In this document: one piece after another, positions 13,085 through 27,133 of the stretch
Layout of the letters: each line of letters begins with the position of its first letter
Numbering within the stretch: the first letter of the stretch is position 1
Assembly (NCBI GenBank): GCA_032718475.1
Contig: JAUCBJ010000564.1
Location: 783 to 64,782 of the forward strand
DNA: 64,000 nt
Reading direction: 5' to 3'
From: Nemertoderma westbladi
Taxonomy: Eukaryota; Animalia; Xenacoelomorpha
The notes under the pieces: model-generated
The model's database searches: none
Seen by the model: the letters and a program-made list of their open reading frames with translations, nothing else
Told to the model about the DNA's origin: nothing
Program-made: the position numbers and the translations under genes

Positions 13085-13650
13085 AGCAGTCATTTACGTC
13101 CAATTTGTAGCAATATAGGGCTATCTCTTAATGAGTCAAAATGTGAGCTAACCATCATTGGGGAGAAGTCAGGTGAGGAAAACCCAATCTTCACTTCATT
13201 CCAGAAGATCTGTCCAGGTTTCAAGTTGACTAGATAAGAGGACTTAGAGCTACTTGGTTCCCCCATTGGCCCTGAAGCCCTCTCTAATGTTATCTGTAAG
13301 AAGTTGGACAACCTCAGTCTGTTTCACAGTCGTATCCGTCTCCTTGACAACCATGACGCCTTTTTCCTACTCAAAAACTGTCTAGCCATACCCAAACTTA
13401 CATATATGCTCCATTCATCACCAACTTTCAACGAATCCCATCTACTTAGCAAGATCGATAACAGTATAAGGGAGTCTCTAGAAGAGATAACGAACGTTAA
13501 ACTGGAAACTGAAACCTTGGAGCAAGCAATCCTTCCTTGTCGACACGGTGGCCTCGGAATCCCTTCTGTGACAGAAATTGCGCCTTGTGCTGTGCATACC
13601 TCTCATCATTACATAAGTATGAATCGTTAATTAAAGAGATTTATCACTCT
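13085..13650 (+). mobile_element. Fragment of a CRE-like non-LTR retrotransposon RT (C-terminal part)
   Basis: IGLSLNESKCEL...LLGSPIG...HDAFFLLKNCLAIPKLTYMLHSSP...LPCRHGGLGIP, homologous to the end of the 18613-21414 ORF; internal stop. Confidence 0.8.
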
Positions 13651-16600
13651 CCGAGAGAAAGCCGCCCCAATATTAGATTATAACAACAACATTTCCATTG
13701 GGTAAGAAAGTGGAGAAGAGCCAGGCCCGACTCTTAATTTTTTACTTTATATTACGCGATCAATTTTCATTCATCTCGTCATGAACACAACATGTATGTA
13801 AACTTTTGATAAATTTGTTGGCTATGCGTTTGCGGCTGTTTGGGCGGGGTGTGGTAGGCCTACACTTTTCACACTGAAACATTTTGGTTGTGAAATGTTC
13901 AGGGCACAGCGATCAGAGATATTTCATATATATTTTATTATGAGAGGAAGAAGAACATACAACGTTATTTACTATATATGTAACAAAATAATTGTTTTCG
14001 GGTTTAACTTGGAAGCCTCCCCAAATAGTTGATATACAATTATATTGAAAATTATTTCCATGGTCATGGTCATTCACCCGTCTTTAGTTAGAAATTTGTT
14101 TGCATGAAAGACAGTTTAGTTTGGTTTTTCCTGATTATTATCTCTTATCTGACTGGGGTAATAATAAAGGATAGGATAAATGGAAGCAAAGTGTGACAGT
14201 AACAAATATTTCCCCGTCACCCTAGCATGTCTTAAGTATACGATATCTAAAAGGGGGAAGTTTGGATCCACTGCATAAATGCAGTTCACCAAACTTCCCC
14301 CGAATGCACACTGTAACTTCCCCCTTCCCCCAAATATCCACTGTTAAATTAATTTGAAGCGATATAATAAGTACAAAATTGTGCGAGTTTTTAATTGTGT
14401 AGTCCATTTGTTATTTGATCTCTATTTATTGTTTAAAGTGCATTTAATATCACACTGGTTTTTTAGAATATTACAACCTTATGTTTTATTTATTAACCCA
14501 ATCGAAGCCTTAATAAGGGCCGGTTATTTGTACGCATATCCCTAATGCGCTCAGTATGAGCCAAACAACATATTAATATGAAAATAAAGTATCTGCAAAG
14601 AAAAGAACCCAATGCTATATAATTTGACCTTATTAAAAAATTTGCACTTTTGCACACTTATTTGTACAAGTGCACTTCAGCAGATCGTAATGGTGGTTCT
14701 TATTTAACAAACTTATGTTTATCCTCTACCGATCTACGATGGTGTATGATCAAGTGTCAGTCACTAAAAGTGTAAAAAATCTAATTTAATAAATCGCGAC
14801 ATTTGCGATTTTGGACCATATTCATGAGCATTTTAAGTCACTTTATATACATAAAAAGTTAAACAAATGTTACGATTATAGTTAGAAATCACTCCAAACT
14901 ACATTTTAATCCAAAAAATAACATTCTACGATGAATGGAACTGGAAATAATAGTGTTTGAAATATCGAAAAAATGTGTACTTTTTAAGTGCATTATGCAC
15001 TAAGTGCACTTGCGTCTTTTCCCAAGTTGTATCCTATTTCACACACTACAATCTATCCTCTATCCAATGAAAAAAGTTTCAGATCAAACGGCCCAGTAGA
15101 ACAGAAGTTATTGATGTTTAAAAATAATCACTCGAAAATTTCAAATTCTCTTGGTCACGTAGTCTAGTGGTAATCAATCACGTTAACGATACTTAAGTTC
15201 GTGGGTTCGAAACCCAATATGACCATTCTTAATTTTTTGCAAAAAAAAATATTTTAAATTTTTGACTAAATTTCGGTTCTGGTGCTCCAAATTCAATAAA
15301 ATTGGTATATTCTTTGCCGTAATTTTTTTTTCTATCTTTTGAGAGGGGGTATTTTTGGCCCCAAAAAAAATGAAAAAAAGGGCCAAAATTACGCGATATT
15401 TTTCGACCCTTAAAACTCGTTATTTTAATTATAAATGTTAAGAAAAAAGATAGTGGAGTTAATTTGCTACATTTTACAGGAACTTTTGGCGCAAAAAGTT
15501 AAATTATAATGTAATGGCGATTTATTAAAAAAAAAATTTTTCGTCCCTTTTTTATAAGTAGTATATTTCACACGATCGTCTGCCGCTTCAGTTATATAAT
15601 AGCTATGGCACTGTAACTACAGTTGAAAGATAGATAATTTGACGCTCTATAAGACTGTTTAAATAAGTCTCCCAGACCTTATGTATTTTTCGAGCTAGAC
15701 GAGTTCCCGCGAAGCGAGTTTGAAGCGTGAAATTATAATTTGGGCCCTAATTTTTTTAATATCGTTTGCGCGGCAAAACCAATCGAATATTTGGATTCCC
15801 CGTATCGATATTAACCGTATAAAATGTACTTTATTTAACCTTCAAGAGTCAAAAATAAAAAAGTTGTTAGTTATAAACTTTTAATTATTTTCTGGCCCTT
15901 TTGGACCCCTTTGCCTACATATTTTTTGTACCCCCATTCGATAGGAATGTAGCCCCTGTGGTCTTCTACGCTTTCCGAAAAAGAATTGGCAGATTCCTAC
16001 TAGCGTTGTCGAATTAAAAATTTTGGAAATAATAATTATGTAAAAAAGATGGAAAAAACGGACAAAGTTACGGCCCCTTTTTCCACCCGAAATATTAATA
16101 AATATCTTACCCCCATTCGATACGAAGGTAGTACCACTCTTCCCCTTTCCAACCGCGTTAATTTCGTCCCCGTACGATTAATATTAGCCGAGTCAGAGCG
16201 GATCCCGCAAAGCCATTTTGTCCGTTTTTTCAACTTTGACGGACAATTTCGGGAAAAAGGCGTGGTAATCTTTTTTGAAAAAAAAAACGAATTCACTAAT
16301 TAATCCCTTCTATCGTATCCCGGCGTCGGTTAAGCAATAACCTAGGGTTTTTTCGAGCCACTGTAGAGCGCCTTTCAAAAAATTTTTAAAATTGTCAAAA
16401 AAATGACGGTTTTTTGTCCGCCGTGTCCGTCGAGGGGATAGATTTGCTAATGTTAGAGTGGCTAATATCTTAGAATTCCGAGTCGCTCCCCTGGTGCGAA
16501 AATAAAAAAAATTGGTCTGTTCCTTCATCGAAAAGTCTCCCAGAATCCCAAGTTAACCTATATAGTTAGCGATGGCCTGCGGCTTTAGGAGCGGCCGCGG

Positions 16601-16661
16601 TATTCACCTCCCTCATAGCGGCCGCGGCGGTGTTGCGTCAAATGGAGAAATATTTATCCCA
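13651..16661. repeat. ~3.0-kb tandem repeat, unit 1 (unclassified)
   Basis: CCGAGAGAAAGCCGCCCCAATATTAG at 13651 recurs at 16662 (period 3011); 13651-15234 matches 16662-18253 and ~15831-16668 matches ~21403-22254. Confidence 0.9.
15153..15225 (+). pseudogene. tRNA-like Pol III cassette in the 3-kb repeat (second copy 18166-18244)
   Basis: GGTCA...TGACCA acceptor-like stem, A box TAGTCTAGTGG, B box GGTTCGAAACC, 73 nt, T6 run at 15233-15238. D and anticodon arms pair poorly. Confidence 0.55.
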
Positions 16662-18253
16662 CCGAGAGAAAGCCGCCCCAATATTAGATTATTACAACAA
16701 CATATCCATTGGGTAAGAAAGTGGAGGAGAGCCAGCCCGTCTCTTAATTTTTTACTTTATATTACGCGATCAATTTTCACTCATCTCGTCATGAACCCAA
16801 CATGTATGTAACCTTTTGTTAAATTTGTTGGCTATGCGTTTGCGGTTGTTTGGGCGGAGTGTGGTAGGCCTACACTTTTCACACTTAAATATTTTGGTTG
16901 TGAAATGTTACAGGGCATAGCGATCTGAGATATTTCATTTATATTTTATTATGAGAGGAAGAAGAACATACAACGTTATTTACTATGTAACAAAATAATT
17001 GTTTTCGGGTTTAACTTGGAAGCCTCCCCAAATAGTTGATATACAATTATATTTAAAATTATTTCCATGGTCATGGTCATTCACCCGTCTTTAGTTAGAA
17101 ATTTGTTTGCATGAAAGACAGTTTAGTTTAGTTTTTACTGATTTATTATCTCTTATCTGACTGGGGTAATAATAAAGGATAGGATAAATGGAAGCAAAGT
17201 GTGACAGTAACAAATATTTCCCCGTCACCCTAGCATGTCTTAAGTATATGATATATCAAAGGGGGAAGTTTGGATTCACTGCATAAATGCAGTTCACCAA
17301 ACTTCCCCCGAATGCACACTGTAACTTCCCCCTTCCCCCAAATATCCACTGTTGAATTAATTTGAAGCGATATAATAAGTACAAAATTGTGCGAGTTTTT
17401 AATTGTGTGGTCCAATTGTTATTTGATTTCTATTTATTATTTAAAGTGCATTTAATATCACACTGGTTTTTAGAATATTATACTATACAACCTTATGTTT
17501 TATTAATTTACCCAATCGAAGCCTCATAAGGGCCGGTTATTTGTACGCATATCCCCTAATGCGCTCAGTAAGGTTCAAACAACATATTAATATGAAAATA
17601 AAGTATCTGCAAAGAAAATAACCCAATACTATATAATTTGACCTTATTAAAAAATTTGCACTTTTGCACACTTATTTGTACAAATGCACTTTAGCAGATC
17701 GTAATGGTGGCTCTTATTTAACAAACTTATGTTTATCCTCTACCGATCTACGATGGTGTATGATCAAGTGTCAGTCGCTAAAAGTGTCAAAAATCCAATT
17801 TAATAAATCTGGATTTGCGATTTTGGACCATATTCATGGACATTTTAAGTCATTTTATAGACATAAAAAGTTAAACAAATGTTACGATTATAGTTAGAAA
17901 TCATTCCAAACTACATTTTAATCCAAAAAATAACATTCTACGATGAATAGAACTGGAAATAATAGTGTTTGAAATATCGAAAAAAATGTTCACTATTTAA
18001 GTGCATTTTGCACTAAGTGCACATAAGTCTTTTCCCAAGTTTTATCCTATTTCACACACTACAATCTATCCTCTATCCAATGAAAAAAGTTTCAGATTAA
18101 ACGGCCCTGTAGAACCGAAGTTATTTATGTTTAAAAATAGTCACTCGAAAATTTCAAATTCTCTTGGTCACATAGTCTAGTGGTTATCAATCACGTTAAT
18201 GAAACCTAAGTTCGCGGGTTCGAAATCCAATATTGACCTGACCATTCTTAATT

Positions 18254-21200
18254 GGAATAAAAAAATAACTAGCTAAACTGTTGTTTGAGTTAGATTGTAT
18301 ATAAAAACAGAACCATGTCCATTTATTGTCGATGGTAGGCGGTGATGGTGCGTCTGCACGTCCAAATGAATGCGACTAGCTAAACAAACTAAAGGCCTCC
18401 TTCCTTCAAACGATCAATCATGGAAATACCCTGCATTAGTCTCACTGATAGTGAGCTTCTAACAGACCCACCTCCCGAATCTGAAGACATGTACGAATTT
18501 GGAGGTCTGCCTCTCTCGAGGCACGATATAGAATCGTTAAATGGGCAAAACTGGTTGACAGATAACATTGTTGAAGCAGTTATATCCAGCTTGTGTTTAG
18601 GATACAACGGCCATGCGAGTTTTTAACTCTCATTTCGTTGACATCTTTCAAGAAGGCGGCTTTAAGAACATGCAGAGTCTGAGCAAGGGCGCTTCAGTGC
18701 CAGTTTTTGATAACGATTTCATATTTTTCCCTATAAATGTAAACAATTGCCACTGGACCCTTGCTGTTTACTCCCCTTTAAAGTCAGCAATTTGGTTTTT
18801 CGACTCACTGGGGGGCTCTAACCAAACAGTTGTTGATTCTATCAAAGAATGGGTGCATCTTGTTGCCATTCATTACAATGTGGACCTCCCCCCAATTACC
18901 GTTTATCCCTCCATTCAAAAGGTGCAATACAACACCTATCAATGTGGGGTATATATCTGTAGGTATGCAAAGTGGTGTATTGAAGGTTACTCGCGATCGG
19001 ATTTTGAGGATATCAATGATATTACCATTTCCAAGCATCGTAGTGATCTGTATTCTGATATTTCCAGAAATGCCCCTCTAGTTTGGTCAGCCAATCAACA
19101 GAAGGCATCGACACCTACACCACCTCCAATTGGAGATCCCACCCCGTTTCCGAATTCTCACCCACCCGTGCTTAACCATACACAATCAATCTCACCGCTA
19201 GAGCCGAAACAACCTCCAATCCAATCAGCCGAATCCTCCCAGGATAACAATCAAATTGGAGACCCCACTCTGGTCCCGAACTCTCATCCACCCCTATTTA
19301 CCCATACTCCATCAATTGCACCGCTAGAGCCGGGACAACCTCCCACCGTTACCAGTGGAGGACTGTCCCTCAAGTTCCCATGCACCACCTGCTCTAAATT
19401 ATGCTGTGTCAACTCCAAGGGAGGGCTGCGCAAACACAGATCCACTGAAGGCACCTCTTGTCCTGGGTCAGGTTCCATCATTACATTTCCAGCCACCGGT
19501 TCCTCCGCTCCTGCTGATGCTGCAATTCCACCCGACTTACACTCTAATCAGCCAGCCATGTCTCAAGGGTCACCCGGACTACTGTCCCAACCGTTTACCA
19601 ATGACACTCCATCCCCTGCTCCTGTGGTAGCCAGCCAGAGCGCCATATCAGATTCACTTAGCAGTGCATTCGAAACCCTCACTAGGATCAGAACCCTGAC
19701 TCGTATCCCCAGGGGTGCAAGACTAAAAGCAGCCACACTTTACAGTAGTCTCTGTGATGCCATCGTCCTCAACAACAGTCAGTCAAACTGGTTAAACCTG
19801 CTGGCCTTTCCATTCTCTCTCAGAGTACCCTCCCAGGGATCAAAGTCCAGACGTGGCCGGAGGGCTATCGGTCCAGCCTGCAAATCACTCACAGCCAAGG
19901 TAAAGGACCAACTGTTGGAATTTGAAGAGATGGTCAAGAACACCAAAGAATTACTAGTACTGCCTACGACTAGCCTTCCATCCCATCTGAAGCCCAAGAC
20001 TCAACAATCCTCGGATGACATGCTAGGGAAATTGATAGACTCTAAGATAGAAGAAGGAAATGTGAAAGCAGCTGCACGACTAGCATCCTCATCAGCCACT
20101 ATAGCCCCAGCCACCTCAGAGACCCTTGAAGCCCTCCGACTCCTTCATCCTACACGCCCATCAGATGACTTCCACGGAGTACCGTCATTAGAGGAAGCAG
20201 ATGTCCCGACCCTCGAGCTATCTTACCCAGAGGTTCTAAAATCAATCAAGCTATTCCCCAATGGCTCGGCACCAGGTCCCGACAACTGCCGTCCTCAGTT
20301 CCTCAAGGACATGATCTCATCATCAGCGGGGGATGCTGCCCTGGCTTCCCTCAAGGCTATGACATCGGTAGCTAATATCATGCTAAAGGGAGGAGTGCCC
20401 CAGGAAGTTCTCCCTTACCTCTATGGCGCCAGGCTTTGTGCTTTCACTAAACCAGCAGGTGGAGTTCGCCCCATAGCCGTGGGGTGCACTCTGCGTCGAC
20501 TTACCGCCAAAACAGGCTGCCATTCAGCGGCAAAGCATTCCGGTTTAAAGCTAGGACCCCATCAGCTAGGGTTCGGGACCCCCCGGGGTGCAGAAGCAGC
20601 AGTACATGCAGCCAGGCGTTTCCTCAGTGAGTCAATAGAGAGAGAGACAGTCATGATCAAAATTGATTTCTCAAATGCCTTCAACAGTATTCACCGTGGA
20701 CCAGCCTTGAGGGCAGTGCTAAAGAACCTCCCACCACTATACAACCTGGCATATCAGTCATATTCGCAACCCTCTCTCCTATTCTACAATGGGACAACAA
20801 TTGCCTCTGACGATGGTATGCAACAGGGAGACCCACTAGCCTCTCTATTCTTCAGCAACGACACAATTGAACTTGTCGATAGCATGGAATCTCCTCTCAA
20901 CGTGTGGTTCCTGGATGACGGTTCCTTGGGTGGAACACCATCTGTTGTTGCTTCTGACCTGAAGAGGGTCATAGCCGAGGCAGCAAAGCTAGGGCTTATG
21001 GTCAAGGCATCCAAGTGTGAGTTAATCTTTGGCAAGCACTTTCCCTTAGAACTGAAAGAAGAGACAACAGCTCTGTTTGATGCCATCACACCAAGCATTA
21101 AACCAATCGATTTTTCTGATGCGCTGTTGCTTGGATCACCCCTAGGAGATTCAGCCATGGAGAAGATCCTTGAAGAGAAGGAATCAGACCTCTCTAGGTT

Positions 21201-21402
21201 CGCCGACCGCCTCCACCTTCTATCGGCGCATGACGCCCTATACCTACTCAGACATTGCTTTGCCATTCCGAAGTTGATGTATGTGCTGCGGTGTTCACCC
21301 GCCTTTGGATCGCCTCGATTGAAGTCTCTAGATGATAAGATTCGGCAGTGCTGCCAAATTGTGCTCAACACTAGGATTGGGGGCGATGCTTGGGCCCAGG
21401 CT
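18254..21402 (+). mobile_element. 3'-truncated CRE-like non-LTR retrotransposon
   Basis: Boundaries are defined by loss and resumption of identity to repeat unit 1. Contains the Ulp1-ZnF-RT ORF; no C-terminal endonuclease domain is present. Confidence 0.85.
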
Positions 21403-21414
21403 TTGACTGTATAG
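18420..21414 (+). pseudogene. Ulp1/C48 protease - zinc finger - reverse transcriptase polyprotein (one frameshift near 18615, 3'-truncated)
   Basis: LNGQNWLTDNIV; FPINVNNCHWTL, FFDSL, QYNTYQCGVY (His-Asp-Cys triad); CTTC..H..CPGSG finger; RT motifs RPIAVGCTLRRL, QLGFGTPRGAEAAVH, KIDFSNAFNSI, GMQQGDPL, WFLDDG. Confidence 0.9.
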
Positions 21415-22546
21415 AATGTACCTTAACCAACTAAAGTTAAAAATAAAAAATTATTCGATAAAAACTACTTTACAAATTCTGGCCCTTTTTGGCCCCTATT
21501 GCCGACATATTTTTTGTACCCCCATTCGATAGGAACGTAACTCCAATGGTCTTCTACGAGTTTCATAAAAGAATTAGTGGATTCCTACCCGCGTTGTCGA
21601 ATGAAACATTTCGGAAATAAGTTTTCCAAAAAAGACGGACAAAAACGTACAAATTTACAGCCCCTTTTTCCACCCGAAATTTTAATAAATATCTTACCCC
21701 CATTCGATACGAAGGTAGTACCACTCTTCCCCTTTCCAACCGCGTTACTTTCGTCCCCGTACGATTAATATTAGCCGAGTTATAGCGGATCCCGCAAAGT
21801 CATTTTGTCCGTTTTTTCAACTTTGACGGACATTTTCGGAAAAAAGGCGTGGTAATCTTTTTTGAAAAAAAAACGAATTCACTAATTAATCCCTTCTATC
21901 GTATCCCGGCGTCGGCTAAGCAATAACCTAGGGTTTTTTCGAGCCACTGTAGAGCGCCTTTTAAACAAATTTTAAAATTGTCGAAAAAATGACGGATTTT
22001 TGTCCGCCGTGTCCGTCGAAGGGTTAGATTTAATAATGTTAGAGTTGCTAATATCTTAGAATTCCGAGCCGCTCCCCTGGTGAGAAAATAAAAAAATTTG
22101 GTCAGTTCCTTGATCGAAAAGTCCCCCAGAATCCCAAGTTAACCTATATAGTTAGCGATGGCCTGCGGCTTTAGGAGCGGCCGCGGTATTCACCTCCCTC
22201 ATAGCGGCCGCGGCGGTGTTGCGTCAAATGGATAAATATTTATCCCACCAAGAGGGTCCACTTATATTCTTATATTATTTGATTAAAAATACAAAATTAT
22301 TAAAACGCACTAAACTACCCTAAAACAAAATTACGGAATAAATAAAAACTACAAAAAAACGCTTCTAAAAAAACATAAAAGAACATACCTTGTAATCGCC
22401 AGTCCGTCATTGGAGATATGGCTACCGAACAATTAACTCTATCTGGCCTTAGAAGTGTAACTCTCGTTGCCAAGTAACCTCCATAGGCCTATAATAAATA
22501 AACACAACATCAGTGAATTGGAATGAAAGGAATGAATTATGACTCA

Positions 22547-25500
22547 AGACACGAGTTGTACAGACACGAGTTGTACAGACACGAGTTGTACAGACACGAC
22601 TTGTACAGACACGAGTTGTACAGACACGAGTTGTACAGACACGAGTTGTACAGACACGAGTTGTACAGATACGAGTTGTACAGACACGAGTTGTACAGAC
22701 ACGAGTTGTACAGACACGAGTTGTACAGACACAAGTTGTACAGACACGAGTTGTACAGATACGAGTTGTACAGACACGAGTTGTACAAACACGAGTTGTA
22801 CAGACACGAGTTGTACAGACACAAGTTGTACAGGCACGAGTTGTACAGACACGAGTTGTACAGACACGAGTTGTACAAACACGAGTTGTACAGACACGAG
22901 TTGTACAGACGAGTTGTACAGACACGAGTTGTACAGACACAAGTTGTACAGACACGAGTTGTACAGACACGAGTTGTACAGACACGAGTTGTACAGACAC
23001 GAGTTGTACAGACACGAGTTGTACAGACGAGTTGTACAGACACGAATTGTACAGACACAAGTTGTACAGACACGAGTTGTACAGACACGAGTTGTACAGA
23101 CACGAGTTGTACAAACACGAGTTGTACAGACACGAATTGTACAGACACAAGTTGTACAGACACGAGTTGTACAGATACGAGTTGTACAGACACGAGTTGT
23201 ACAAACACGAGTTGTACAGACACGAGTTGTATAGACGAGTTGTACAGACACGAGTTGTACAGACACAAGTTGTACAGACACGAGTTGTACAGACACGAGT
23301 TGTACAGACACGAGTTGTACAGATACAAGTTGTACAGACACAAGTTGTACAGACACAAGTTGTACAGACACGAGTTGTACAGACACAAGTTGTACAGACA
23401 CGAGTTGTACAGACACGAGTTGTACAGATACGAGTTGTACAGACACGAGTTGTACAGACACGAGTTGTACAGACACAAGTTGTACAGACACGAGTTGTAC
23501 AGACACGAGTTGTACAGACACGAGTTGTACAGATACGAGTTGTACAGACACGAGTTGTACAGATACGAGTTGTACAGATACGAGAACAAACACGAGTTGT
23601 ACAGACACGAGTTGTACAGATACGAGAACAAACACGAGTTGTACAGACACGAGTTGTACAGACACGAGTTGTACAGACACGAGTTGTACAGACACGAGTT
23701 GTACAGATTCGAGTTGTACAGACACGAGTTGTACAGACACGAGTTGTACAGACACGAGTTGTACAGATACGAGTTGTACAGACACGAGTTGTACAGACAC
23801 GAGTTGTACAGACACAAGTTGTACAGACACGAGTTGTACAGACACGAGTTGTACAGACACGAGTTGTACAGATACGAGTTGCACAGACACGAGTTGTACA
23901 GATACGAGGTTGTACAGATACGAGAACAAACACACGAGTTGTACAGACACGAGTTGTACAGATACGAGAACAAACACGAGTTGTACAGACACGAGTTGTA
24001 CAGACACGAGTTGTACAGACACGAGTTGTACAGACACGAGTTGTACAGATTCGAGTTGTACAGACACGAGTTGTACAGACACGAGTTGTACAGACACGAG
24101 TTGTACAGATTCGAGTTGTACAGACACGAGTTGTACAGACACGAGTTGTACAGACACGAGTTGTACAGATGCGAGTTGTACAGACACGAGTTGTACAGAC
24201 ACGAGTTGTACAGACACGAGTTGTACAGACACAAGTTGTACAGACACGAGTTGTACAACAGACACAAGTTGTACAGACACGAGTTGTACAGACACGAGTT
24301 GTACAGGCACGAGTTGTACAGACACGAGTTGTACAGATTCGAGTTGTACAGACACGAGTTGTACAGACACGAGTTGTACAGACACGAGTTGTACAGACAC
24401 GAGTTGTACAGACACGAGTTGTACAGACACGAGTTGTACAGACACGAGTTGTACAGACACGAGTTGTACAGACACGAGTTGTACAGACATAAGTTGTACA
24501 GACACGAGTTGTACAACAGACACAAGTTGTACAGACACGAGTTGTACAGACACGAGTTGTACAGACACGAGTTGTACAGACAGGAGTTGTACAGATTCGA
24601 GTTGTACAGACACGAGTTGTACAGACACGAGTTGTACAGACACGAGTTGTACAGACACGAGTTGTACAGATTCGAGTTGTACAGACACGAGTTGTACAGA
24701 GACGAGTTGTACAGACACGAGTTGTACAGACACAAGTTGTACAGACACGAGTTGTACAACAGACACAAGTTGTACAGACACGAGTTGTACAGACACAAGT
24801 TGTACAGACACAAGTTGTACAGACACGAGTTGTACAGACACGAGTTGTACAGACACGAGTTGTAGAGACACGAGTTGTACAGACACGAGTTGTACAGACA
24901 CGAGTTGTACAGACACGAGTTGTACAGACACGAGTTGTACAGACACAAGTTGTACAGACACGAGTTGTACAGACACAAGTCGTACAGACACGAGTTGTAC
25001 AGATACGAGAACAAACACGAGTTGTACAGACACGAGTTGTACAGATACGAGAACAAACACGAGTTGAACAGGCACGAGTTGTACAGACACGAGTTGTACA
25101 GATACAAGTTGTACAGACAATGAGTTGTACAGACACGAGTTGTACAGACACGAATTGTACAGACACAAGATGTAGAGGCACAAGTTGTACAGATACGAGT
25201 ACAAACACGAGTTGAACAGACACGAGTTGCACAGACACGAGTTGTACAGATACGAGTTGTACAGACAATGAGTTGTACAGACACGAGTTGTACAGACACG
25301 AATTGTACAGACACAAGAAGTACAGGCACAAGTTGTACAGACACGAGTAGTGCAGACACGAGTTGTACAGATACGAGTTGTACAGACAACAAGTTGTACA
25401 GACACGAGTTGTACAGACACGAATTGTACAGACACAAGTTGTACAGGCACAAGTTGTACAGACACGAGTTGTACAGACACGAGTTGTACAGTTACGAGAA

Positions 25501-27026
25501 CAAACACGAGTTGTACAGACACGAGTTGTCCGGACACAAGTTGTACAGACACAAGTTGTACAGATACGAGTACAAACACGAGTTGAACAGACACGAGTTG
25601 TACAGACACGAGTTGTACAGATACGAGTTGTACAGACAATGAGTTGTACAGACACGAGTTGTACAGACACGGATTGTACAGACACGAGATGTACAGGCAC
25701 AAGTTGTACAGACACGAGTAGTGCAGACACGAGTTGTACAGATACGAGTTGTACAGACAACGAGTTGTACAGATACGAGTTGTACAGACACGAATTGTAC
25801 AGACACAAGTTGTACAGGCACAAGTTGTACAGACACGAGTTGTACAGACACGAGCTGTACAGATACGAGAACAAACACGAGTTGTACAGACACGAGTTGT
25901 ACAGACACGAGTTGTACAGACACGAGTTGTACAGATACGAGAACAAACACGAGTTGTACAGACACTAGTTGTACAGATACGAGAACAAACACGAGTTGTA
26001 CAGACACGAGTTGTCCGGACACAAGTTGTACAGACACAAGTTGAACAGATACGAGTACAAACACAAGTTGAACAGACACGAGTTGTACAGACACGAGTTG
26101 TACAGATACGAGAACAAACACAAGTTGTACAGACACGAGTTGTACAGACACGAGTTGTACAGACACGAGTTGTACAGACACGAGTTGTACAGACACGAGT
26201 TGTACAGACACGAGTTGTACAGACACGAGTTGTACAGACACGAGTTGTACAGATACGAGAACAAACACGAGTTGTACAGACACGAGTTGTACAGATACGA
26301 GAACAAACACAAGTTGTACAGACACGAGTGGTCCGGACACAAGTTGTACAGACACAAGTTGTACAGATACGAGTACAAACACGAGTTGAACAGACACGAG
26401 TTGTACAGACACGAGTTGTACAGATACGAGTTGTACAGACAATGAGTTGTACAGACACGAGTTGTACAGACACGAATTGTACAGACACAAGATGTACAGG
26501 CACAAGTTGTACAGACACGAGTAGTGCAGACACGAGTTGTACAGATACGAGTTGTACAGACAACGAGTTGTACAGACACGAGTTGTACAGACACGAATTG
26601 TACAGACACAAGTTGTACAGGCACAAGTTGTACAGACACGAGTTGTACAGACACGAGTTGTACAGATACGAGAACAAACACGAGTTGTACAGACACGAGT
26701 TGTACAGATACGAGAACAAACACGAGTTGTACAGATACGAGAACAAACACGAGTTGTACAGACACGAGTTGTCCGGACACAAGTTGTACAGACACAAGTT
26801 GTACAGACACGAGTTGTACAGATACGAGAACAAACACGAGTTGTACAGACACGAGTTGTACAGATACGAGAACAAACACGAGTTGTACAGATACGAGAAC
26901 AAACACGAGTTGTACAGACACGAGTTGTCCGGACACAAGTTGTACAGACACAAGTTGTACAGATACGAGTACAAACACGAGTTGAACAGACACGAGTTGT
27001 ACAGACACGAGTTGTACAGATACGAG
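22547..27026. repeat. 15-bp satellite array, left block (consensus ACACGAGTTGTACAG)
   Basis: About 300 head-to-tail units; homogeneous to ~25 kb, then rich in 12/13/16-bp variants. Confidence 0.98.
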
Positions 27027-27133
27027 TGATGAATTATTTCACTATAGAATAGCATTTGTAGTATAACTTAAAAACTTTCGAAAATCCGGCGCATTTTGAT
27101 TAAGTTACTTTTAAAACCCCTAGTTACTTTCGT

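Larger units (their letters stand above)
16662..22254. repeat. ~3.0-kb tandem repeat, unit 2, interrupted by a CRE-like element
   Basis: Colinear with unit 1 except that ~600 bp (15235-15830 equivalent) is replaced by 18254-21402. Confidence 0.85.

Noticed and set aside
15153-15225. Functional tRNA gene
   Set aside because: D and anticodon stems do not pair and the two copies differ in the anticodon region; kept only as tRNA-like.
22449-27055. Very long ORFs (up to 1503 aa) in multiple frames on both strands
   Set aside because: The 15-bp unit has no stop codon in any frame, so these are translations of satellite DNA (HELYR, TRVVQ, DTSCT).
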